Translations under genes and position numbers: made by a program
The notes under the pieces: generated by a model
What the model was told of the DNA's origin: nothing
The model's database searches: none
The model's input: only the letters and a program-made list of their open reading frames with translations
NCBI GenBank assembly: GCA_010356995.1
Contig: ML996696.1
Coordinates: 312,364-376,363, forward strand
DNA from: Trichodelitschia bisporula
Taxonomy: Eukaryota
Direction: 5' to 3'
Length of the DNA stretch: 64,000 bases
Shown here: positions 12,749 to 22,060 of the stretch, piece after piece
How positions within the stretch are numbered: the stretch's first letter is position 1
How the letters are laid out: each line of letters opens with the position of its first letter

Positions 12749-13190
12749 TCACCACATCTGCATTTCGTTGGCCCTACTTTCAGCATGTCGCGTACACCCT
12801 TGGTCTTTTGTAAGACTTTGCAGGACCCACACGATATCAGGACCATCGTCTGGGTCTTTCCATTGTTCATGTCGAAAATACAGGAAGGCATCATATCCCT
12901 GGAAGCCGAGGGCCGTGGCCACGGCTTTGGCGGCGTTTAGGTCTGGAGCTTTTGCTGGATGTAAATGGCATATGAGCATATCAACATCCAAGGGGGGTGA
13001 GCTAGGAGGCGGTCTCATTGTCTCGTCTGATAGAAGCCGGTGGGTTATTTCCTGTACATAACGCTCACACCCTCCCTGGATTTCCGCATCATGTTCGCTT
13101 TTCTTCTCCTGCATCCTCTTTGAGCTTTTTGAAGGCATTTTCGAGCGGTTAGGGACTTGTCTTCAGCGATTGATACCTGCTGTCAGCCAT
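12749..13190 (-). CDS. Possible small hypothetical protein
   Basis: 129-codon ORF (12749-13138) with protein-like composition; a short upstream exon ATGGCTGACAGCAG (13190) followed by GTATCA...CTAAC...AG could splice in frame. No family recognised. Confidence 0.3.
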
Positions 13191-14405
13191 TTCGTTTCAG
13201 GTTCCGGTAGGCTTTTAGAGTGCCGTCGAGGCAGCGAAGAGCGGCGCTTTGCGGTTCAAGGACGTGATGGCGGCACCGTAATGTAATGTGTTAGGCTTGA
13301 AGGCTTGTAGTATCCACGAGGAAGGTGAATGGATTCCGATAAGTACATAGAAACGGTTATACCCTCGTGGGGCGCAATGACGCGTTCTAGTTCTTGATTT
13401 TACGAAAGGTGCGTAGGACTTGCAAGTGATGTCGATAGTGATTTGAGCATTCAGCCTTTCGACGGACAGGGTCGAGGCCTATCTCGTGGCTGCCAATTAC
13501 CAGATTTTTCTGCAAGGCAGTCGCTTCCGTTTCAGGAATGCTTAACTCTAACGCCTGCATGTTCTCCAGGACGTTCCTATGCCGCCTATCTACTCAACCG
13601 TCTCAATAAAAGCACAATATCTTCATGCCATGTAGTTCACTACAGTTGAGAATGAAGTCAAATTTTTACATACTCGATATGTGTGTCTTTGAACTAAGAT
13701 TTTACTTTTATGTGTCCTTGACGCATAAGTACCTCGCGACTTCAGGATGAGAGCTTTTAGTGTGGTAAGTTCGCCAAGACTACGCGTCTGGCTATTCGAT
13801 TCAGGGGAAAGGGTGGGTATGCGTGGACGGATTGGATCCAAGAAAAATTATACGTGGTTGTAGTTCTTCCCGCGGTGCGGTCCAGAGTATGTAAGCAGGT
13901 TATAAATGTCGCTCTTTCTTCCGCCGTGTTGGGGAACATATGACAGGGCAGTGCTGTAAGCCTATTGGGTGCTGATGCAAGCTGCGCGTGCTGCAAAGCA
14001 CACCCCACCGTTGCAGCTGCTACAGAAGTTTGTTCTGTAGGATAATTATAGCGGCATCGGTACTGCAAAAAAATTAAATACATCTACTTGCAGTCATAGA
14101 ACCGCAAATCACCGCCGGGACCCAAAACCAGCCAATCAAGAAACGTGAAGCTGAGAAATGCGCGCCAATCAGGGCACTAGTTTCACACCTGAGCCATAAG
14201 AACGTGACCTCTAGCATAACAAATTTCATCACGGGTTTATCAGGTGTGAGAAAAATCTCAATCGCGCATCTCGTCGGAATAGATTCACCGAACCGCCGAT
14301 GATCTCAATACACCTATGTCAGAGGTGTGTGATTTGAATGTCACTCTAAAATTTGATTTCGCTACGCTTTAGCGGCTAACCGCAGGAGGATAGGGGGAGG
14401 GAGTG

Positions 14406-14437
14406 CGTAGGGGCGTAGGGGCGTAGGGGCGTAGGGG
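14406..14437 (+). repeat. (CGTAGGGG)4 tandem repeat, G-quadruplex-capable
   Basis: Four G4 tracts with 4-nt loops, preceded by further G runs from 14393. Confidence 0.85.
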
Positions 14438-14440
14438 AGC

Positions 14441-14599
14441 TCCCTTGTGCTGTGGGTTGTCCTCGCTGGTGCCCTTGCAACTGGCGCACCAATCTCCGAG
14501 CAAATTTCTTTAACGGAACTGTTCTGCAAGGAAAACGTTTCTCTCTGATTGGTCAGCTAATAAAGAGTACGCTAGCGGTGGTGCCCGCAGGACAAGAGA
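14441..14599. mobile_element. Degenerate MITE, 159 bp (subfamily B)
   Basis: Left end TCCCTTGTGCTGTGGG...CGCTGG...ACCAATCTCCGAG versus reverse complement of right end TCTCTTGTCCTGCGGG...CGCTAG...ACCAATCAGAGAG; TA after the right end. Confidence 0.65.
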
Positions 14600-16743
14600 T
14601 ACGTGCTTTTCTCATTTTATTTACAGTACCCACCCTACTCGGTTCATTAAGGCGATCTCAGGATATGTACCGTCCAGGCATAGGCATATGAAATGAAAGA
14701 ATATATGCATCTGAAAAGTGGGAGTTAGCTAGCATGATTGGCCAGCGTGCTTTGGAATACGTGTCTTTTAAATTGGTTGAGGCGGAGGGAGGGGACGACA
14801 ACACATATCCCATATGGCGAGTGCTCCGAGCTCTGGAGTGCACAAGTAATAATTCCGAAAAGAAGCCATTCACCTCGCCGGGTCTCTATGCAAGCAAAGT
14901 ATCTTTTTAGTGGTTCTGCTTCTCAAACACGGCTTTTAAACTCTACTTTCAAACCTTAGTAGGCCTCCGTCTAAAGCTTTTAGTATCCGCAGTTTTCCTG
15001 ACCACCATGCAATATTTTGACACTGCTGCAAAGACTTGGGTTGCCTACAGTCTAGGGAAAGCAACCCCGCAGTCGCAACTACTGCTTTTTTTTTGTCGAG
15101 CAATATGTTGACTGCGGCTTGGTACTTGCCATTTATCTAGGACGCATACTTTGACGCCACGGTATGCTTAAGAATAGAGGGACGAGTTACAAGCCATATC
15201 TACACTGCCCGCTGGCTTGCCTTTTGGGCAATGAGCTTTACCAGTACCTAAGGATTCCGGCTATCCGGAGTTCCACAGCATCCTGGTATGACTAATGTCA
15301 AACTGACATGAGCAAGTAACACTTTGGAAGGCGGAGGTTATCATTATAAAGGAGTAGGCCAACTACCAGGGACACTTCCCGACCTGGACGGGACGTTTGC
15401 TATCATCATGTTTCAGGGTCTAGAAGCGCGGTAAATTTATGGCGAGCAGTTCTCTTATTTATTATCACAATATACATGCTGTCTACTTCCTCTCTGCCTG
15501 CACTTCTCACTGCAACCAAATTCTTGTAAAGAGAACTCATACTCCATGCAACGTGTTAGACCAGCATGGTAGCCAGAGTCCGGCTGAGTTGTGCAATAAA
15601 CGTGCAGATTTGGTTGGTCAAATGGGTAAATGAGGTAACCATTACTCATGAATCCATCACCCATGGATCGATGCCAGCTACTCCCCTAGCGGAAGTCATT
15701 ATGCGTAAATCCCACAAATTTGAGGTGCGCACCTTACATGCGCGCCCTCCTTTATCCCAAATGAAAAACACCTTCGTTTAAGAAATACAAGCCAGGTTGC
15801 CATGTTCACCCCTTCAAAGCTACTGAAATTATGTAGCTGCATAAATAGATGGAATCTATCTACGCAGAATTTAAATTCAGTTTTGCTAGACCCCCCCTTA
15901 CATCCACACCGTCATATGCAGCCAAGAGACCCCCATAACACTAAGGGGTTAAGCTATGCCTTGTACTAAGGGTGTCCGCAATGGCATCATTATGACTGGC
16001 CTGGCGTTGGAGCCTCCTCCCCACTGGGAAGGAAGCTCCGGTCAGGGTTTGGGTCGACACCCAGGCTCTTTCCTTGAGCAGACATAGAGGGTTTGCTTGT
16101 TTGGCAACCTTAGGCATATCAGCCGTCCTATGCTATATATAGCTTGCTTCCTCCCACATCTCTCACCAGGCACCATCTCTCTCTCTCATTCACGCACTCC
16201 CACGTTTGTGACGTTCATCCAAGCTCTGATAAAAACTCATGGGGTCCGGCATTAAAAAATAGGCTTACAATTTAGGCCCCGGGAGCCTGGACGCTGGCGA
16301 TGGAATAGCGGGATGGATTGGTAATGCCTCTCGGCGGTAGACGATAAGAACTTTGTCCCGAATCACCGAAGCTACCCAAGGCAGCTCTCGAAGTACACTC
16401 ACATTCCGAGTCTGGGTATTATGAACACTAGGGCAGACCGGACGACGCTACTTGAGCGCCACAACGAGACTGTGATTGAAAAAGATAATTTGAGGGCTAC
16501 GGTGAAATTGAGAGGAATGCATGAGACTGCGAAAGAGGCGTGGCTTTGAATGTAAAGGGGTGCGCTGCACGGTTTACATTGGAGATTAGGAGACAATCAT
16601 GGAGCGCTGTAGCAGAAGCCAAGCGTGCGTTAATGGATAAGTATCCTCTTGCCTTTATTGCAAAGTAGATCAGTCAGCAAGGTACCGGATAGAAGCTGGA
16701 ATAGCGGTTAGGTGGCGGTTGCAGGATGGCCAGAACACGTTTA

Positions 16744-16909
16744 TCGCAGAGCGGGTCTCCTCGCTAGCGTCCGCGTATATGCCGGAATAATTCAAAGAGC
16801 AAGAATTTAGTTCTATAAATGCTTCTCTATTTAGGTAACAAATTATAGCTTTCTGACCGGTCCATAATAGCGAAATAGTGGGGGCCGAGTACCTGGGGCG
16901 TACATGGGA
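16744..16909. mobile_element. Degenerate MITE remnant, ~166 bp
   Basis: Right end GTACCTGGGGCGTACATGGGA-TA matches the subfamily A TIR; left part GCGGGTCTCCTCGCTAGCG resembles the subfamily B TIR. Confidence 0.5.
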
Positions 16910-18349
16910 TAGTAAAATAATAAACTCTACAAAAATATCACTGGGGCCATCGCAGTGTCAATAATTTGGCTTACTAAACCAACATTAATGATCGGATTGA
17001 TCTTTTTGCAAATCAGTCGGGTAAACATGCTCGCACCTTAAACCTTACATATCTTTTTTACGCCTAGCTTCAATGGGATCCTGGCGCTGCTCGTAGGGAA
17101 AGCGGTGCTGTGCAGCCGAGTAATGTTTTTCCGGTAGGTGGGGGTGGCTAAAGGAGACTTAAATTATGTGTTGCGTCGAGACAGCTCTAATGAAATAAGA
17201 ATTAGTGAGACATCTATTTCGCATAGATAAATCGCCATTCGAAGTTGCATTAAAAAGCCAAGTGCTGAGGGAACCATTGACAAGGGATGGGGTAGTGCGC
17301 AATAAAAAGGGACTTCGATGGATAGCCTTACAAGTATGCTCTAACAGAATAGCGTTAACTTTAAGAATGACCTGCTACGGTGTTTGCACAATTATATATC
17401 CTGCATAGAACGCAACCCCGATAAGCGGGATTGACATAGACTGGAGGAGGTTTTAGAAGGTTGTTTATTACCTACCTACTAACGACTAACAACTTTTACG
17501 TTATGGAAAGAAAGGGGATAGATAATGAATATGCCTGTGGAAGTATATCACATTGCAACCAAGCAAAGGAGCTCTGTTATCTGCTCAGTATCGTCCCAGA
17601 GTTTCAATGGTTCCGCAAGTCCAGTTTATACATTTATATGTCGTCGATGATAACCGTATTATCGCCGCGAGCCTATCCATCTCCAGTAATGCAACAGCTT
17701 GTATACAAAAGAAATTCCTTGTCTTTTTATTTTATCAAGTAGGATCTGGCCGAGCGTGGGCAAAGTAGGAGAGGGACGGAGTAGAATGTCGTAGATGGTA
17801 AAGTTCCTAGTAATAATGTATGGCCTGTAGCATTTATGCAAGCGGGAGCATTTTCTTAGTAGCAGGCGCTTACTGAGTAGAGCGTATGCGACGTCTATAT
17901 CTCCGTTTTCTCTCGGGGAATCTCTTGTACGGCCCAGGTACTGGCTCAGGTACTTGTTGGCTACGTACCCGCAATTATGTACCAATTAGAGAGCTCAAAT
18001 TTATGTCTGTAACAATTTCTTTGGGTGCTTGTAAATTTACTGCCCAAAAACTTTCATCAACAGCCCTCCCGAAAGTTAGTCCCTAAAGGGGTAAGGGTTC
18101 CTCGCAATCCTTACGCTTACGTAACTAGCGCCAAAATTACTGCCGTACCTAAACCAGTGACTTATTAGCCACATACACCCTACAAATCTTGGCCAAGATC
18201 CTATCAAAAAACTTACCGCAACTTCAAGTCGCGATGCACTCATGCCACAGTATAATATAAAATTGCAGTTAAGTTCATTTAAATTGCCTTAGCGCGGCGA
18301 GTATTTTGGCGTGCCTTTTGTCGTATTGGCATTATTATAAAAAGAGTTA

Positions 18350-18488
18350 GCTTTTCCTCAACCCTTCCAGGGGGGGGTTTTGCCGTGTGGAACCAAAAGA
18401 ATTGGTCAAACCCACTCATAAAGTGGTGAGACCCGACCATGTGGCTAGCTAAAACAAGCCTGGGCGTAATCAAGCTATTATTATTATT
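18350..18488 (+). mobile_element. 5'-truncated non-LTR retroelement 3' end, copy 1
   Basis: Ends GCCTGGGCGTAATCAAGC-(TAT)n; flanked by direct repeat ATTATTATAAAAAGAGTTA (18331-18349, 18489-18507). Confidence 0.85.
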
Positions 18489-18522
18489 ATTATTATAAAA
18501 AGAGTTATTATGGTTTGAGGTT

Positions 18523-18719
18523 AAACATATGTTGAAGGCGTGGGGCTCACATGCCCCTCTCCAAAGGAAGACTTCCAGGGCTTTTCCTCAACCCTTCCAG
18601 GGAGGGTTTTTGCCGTGTAGAACCAAAGAAATTGGTCAAACCCACTCCTAAAGTGGTGAGACCCGACCATACGGCTAGCTAAAACAAGCCTGGGCGTAAT
18701 CAAGCTATTATTATTATTA
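18523..18719 (+). mobile_element. 5'-truncated non-LTR retroelement 3' end, copy 2
   Basis: Same 3' sequence and (TAT)n tail; direct repeat TTATTATGGTTTGAGGTT (18505-18522, 18720-18737). Confidence 0.87.
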
Positions 18720-18773
18720 TTATTATGGTTTGAGGTTTTGTAGTACTTGGTTTGGGAGCCGCAGCTAGCCATA

Positions 18774-19244
18774 ATAATAATAGCTTAATTACGCCCAGGC
18801 TTGTTTTAGCTAGCCGTATGGTCGGGTCTCACCACTTTAGGAGTGGGTTTGACAAATTTCTTTCGTTCTACGCGGCAAAAACCCTCCCTGGAAGGGTTGA
18901 GGAAAAGCCCTGAGAGTCGTCCTTTGGAGAGGGGCATGTGAGCCCCACGCCTTTTACATGTGTGTATCGTCTTTTCTTTGCACCATTCTTGTGTGTCTCA
19001 AGCGAGAACTTGGCTGCACGCCGAGAAACCGAGAAACACTCCATATCCCAATTAAACCCCAAAAACGCCGAACGCCTACAGCAACGCAGATCCCGTGATT
19101 CTAGGTCATGTGATCGAAGAGAGAAGGAGAGGAAGGAAATTGCGGAATGCCAGGTGGTGTCCGGAGGCCGCCAGTGGGGGCGGCTCTTTGGGGGAGATCC
19201 GGCTCCTGGTAGCAAGGGTTGTGTTGAATCCGCTCTTCTTCACG
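18774..19244 (-). mobile_element. 5'-truncated non-LTR retroelement 3' end, copy 3 (longest, inverted)
   Basis: Reverse complement of copy 2 over ~190 bp plus ~280 bp extra 5' sequence; direct repeat CGCAGCTAGCCATA (18760-18773, 19245-19258). Confidence 0.87.
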
Positions 19245-19868
19245 CGCAGCTAGCCATACTTAGCCATGAAACCTTCAATGCGCGATAACTCTCTACTATG
19301 CAGCGAAATCTTAATGAGAGTGGTATCCAAATACTCGCCGCATTAAGGCGATTAGGATGAGCTTTACTGCAGCTTTATGTCATATTGTGGCATGAGTGCA
19401 TCGCGAGTTGAAGTTGCGGTAAAATTGTTGATAGGGGTTTGGCGTAATACACGTGAGCAAATATAAGTTCCGGCGGTGTTTGTGGTGAATTGCGTAAGCG
19501 CACGTTGGCAGCTGACTTTAGCCTTTTGGGACTAATGTCTCGGAGGGCTGTAGATGAAAGTTTTTAGGCTATAGATATATAAGCACCCATTGCTTTGTTT
19601 CTGCAACAGGTCCTAGTTCTTTGATTGGCCCGTAATAGCGGGTACGTGGCCGACAAGTACCTGCGCCAGTACTTGGGCCAGTACAAGTGCCGTACAAGGG
19701 ATACTACACAGCAACGGTTCCCAGCGGTCGGTGTTCTTTGGCTGGATTATCTTGGCAAGGTATCTCTTATTAATAGGTAAGTCCCGATTCTTTGAATTCC
19801 CTTCGCTCACGAAAGTGCTCATCCAGTTGTTTCCTACACGGCAGTATTATGTAATACCTTTCTAGCTG

Positions 19869-20074
19869 TCCCTTGTACGGCCCAGGGACTGGCGCAGGTC
19901 CTCATTGCATACGTACCCGCTATCATAGACCAGTTGAAGAACTAGAATTCATTCCAGAAACAGAGAAATCTTCACGCAACTTTTTTAAGCTCTTTAATTG
20001 GTCCATGATAGCAGGTGCGTAGGCCACGAGTACCTAGACCACTACCTGGACAAGTACCAGGGCCGTACAAGGGA
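19869..20074. mobile_element. MITE, 206 bp (subfamily A)
   Basis: TCCCTTGTACGGCCC...GGGCCGTACAAGGGA termini with ~80 bp imperfect inverted arms; TG left, TA right. Confidence 0.85.
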
Positions 20075-20314
20075 TATATCTCCTGGCTACTATTTCATTT
20101 CAGTGTAAAGCACGAATAGCATAAGGGTAGAGGATGTATACTTGCGCTCAACTTATTATTATTTACTCCATTCCTTGTATCTTAAGCTCAGATGCGTAGA
20201 GCGCATTTCAGAGGTTAATAAGGGAGATTGCACGAAATTTATATTAGATAAGCTATTCAGTTCAGTTAATTTTCCGATTACACTCCGAACTCAAAACGGC
20301 TTTGGACGTTGTTA

Positions 20315-20376
20315 TCCCTTGTACGGCCCAAGTACCTGGGCCTGTACCTGGGCCAGTACCTGGGCCGTATAAGGGA
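20315..20376. mobile_element. Minimal 62 bp MITE (subfamily A)
   Basis: TA-TCCCTTGTACGGCCCA, three GTACCTGGGCC units, GTATAAGGGA-TA. Confidence 0.85.
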
Positions 20377-20834
20377 TATGGTAGAGCTGAATTAGTTATT
20401 GAGTGGACAACCGCCATTGTATCCGCCTTTAAGGCTCTTTAGCTAATTCATAGTCTCGATGGATTCTAGGAGATACGCCGTTTACTCCCTTCAACTTTGA
20501 ACTAAGTCCTCCGCCTTAGAGGATATATCCCTTTATCTATCTCCATTGCCTACCTTTCAGCAGCTGAGCGGAATATCCAATGTCGAAACCTCGCTCTTCC
20601 GGCCCCTGATTGAGTGTTCGTGCTCTTGCAGTGGGAGTTATTAGGCGAACTCCCATAAAGCTCAAGACAAACATATAATTTGCATACGCAGAAGTCCAGG
20701 CTACAGCAAAACGACATTTTTGAGGAGTACATTCCAGTTTTTCACCCAGCCTTCCCCAAACTTTGTAGTTGAATAACGAACTTCCTTTGAGCTGCAGTCG
20801 TGATTCATTCATGACACAGGTTTCACATCATATA

Positions 20835-20989
20835 TCCCTTATTGCGGGCATCCTCACGGGCGTTCTCGTAACTGTGGCATCAATCAGAGAGCAGGGTCCC
20901 TTTACATAATCATTATATCACACATTTCAGCCCTCTGCTTGGTCCGCAGCTTACGAGACCGCCAGCGAGGACGCCTGCAGTATTAGGGA
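20835..20989. mobile_element. MITE, 155 bp (subfamily B)
   Basis: TA-TCCCTTATTGCGGGCATCCTCACGGGCGTTCTCGTAA versus reverse complement of right end TCCCTAATACTGCAGGCGTCCTCGCTGGCGGTCTCGTAA; TA on both sides. Confidence 0.8.
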
Positions 20990-21908
20990 TAGGTTTTCGA
21001 ACGCCTCAATAAGACAACAGGGTTGACGTCTTATTTAACTCAATAAAATTATGAAAACTGCATAATTTAGCTACAAAATATGTGCAGCTTTGGCCGGCAT
21101 ATCAGAATGCATTTTCTGTAACATCGGCCTTCGAAACGGGCCGCTGGAGAAGAGCTTAGGAAAGGTGTTAATCTTATGGTGCTCGGAGTGTACACTTTAT
21201 GATTCCTTTGGTACCAATAGTAGTTAGTATGGTTCTACTGCACGTGTGTATTCGCTAGGGAATTGGTCGTTAGTCTATCCGGTTGTCTCTAGCTCAATAA
21301 ATGGAAAGCGCTTACTTCCCTCCGGTTCTGGCTTCAATGCAAGCCCCATCAAAGGCTTGTCCGCTCACGGATTGGGAGATTAGTTAGTCAAGATTTTTGC
21401 ATCAAGGCAACTATATGTTCGTAAGTGGCCGAAGCAGGACAAGAATTTCGGTTAGACCTACAAACACGCCCCCTACGCCCTCCACACCCCATGACAATTA
21501 TTGACTTTGACGAAGCTCCACGGAGACCGAATTTGGTTTATCAAACTGCCTGGACGGCACTAGTAAGCGGGCAGCATTTTTATTTTTATCAAACGGCATC
21601 TCATGAATGCAGTGCGATTTGAAAGTTTTGTAGCTTATCGCGGCTTAACTCCCTATTACCCTATCAAATCATGAGAAGTAACGAAAGTCCAGTAAAATGC
21701 CCAATTTTCTAAGAACCCCAGTTTCTGTTCGAGACGATGTATGACTCATTACAGCTGCCCTAACGAGATACACGACCTGGCACGTATTAAGCTGATATCC
21801 CTTTATAAAAGCTTGTTATTTAGGTATACAGCAGTGCGACATCAAAGATTTTAAGTACTGCAACTTTCTAAGGCCCACGCCTCTGATTGACTGATATCAG
21901 AGGAGGTA

Positions 21909-22060
21909 TCCCCTGTACGGCCCAAGTACACGCCCAGGTACTTGCTAGCATGGACCAAGAAAAGCGCTCGGATTTGTTGCGAGACTGAGAATTCTTTACA
22001 GAACTAAATCGAGCTCTTCCATTGGTTTATGCTAGACCAGTACCTGGGCCGTACAAGGGA
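21909..22060. mobile_element. MITE, 152 bp (subfamily A)
   Basis: TA-TCCCCTGTACGGCCCAAGTAC...GTACCTGGGCCGTACAAGGGA-TA; inner inverted CTAGCATGGACCAA / TTGGTTTATGCTAG. Confidence 0.87.

Larger units (their letters stand above)
17921..19701. mobile_element. Foldback non-autonomous DNA transposon (~920 bp net) with nested LINE fragments
   Basis: 17921-18310 is an imperfect inverted repeat of ~19325-19701 (e.g. AAAAACTTTCATC.ACAGCCCTCC and TTACCGCAACTTCAA.TCGCGATGCACTCATGCCACA in both arms); termini TCTCTTGTACGGC / GCCGTACAAGGGA-TA. Confidence 0.85.

Noticed and set aside
14406..14437. Interstitial telomere repeat
   Set aside because: The unit is CGTAGGGG, not the TTAGGG repeat usual in filamentous ascomycetes.
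16005..16775. HDV-like ribozymes (GCCTCCTC at ~16011; TCCTCGCT at ~16758)
   Set aside because: P3/P1 pairings do not close; the second motif is explained as part of the MITE subterminal sequence.
18331..18960. CRISPR-like or satellite array
   Set aside because: Repeats are 140-200 bp with tails and target-site duplications; there are no spacers or cas genes and the context is eukaryotic.
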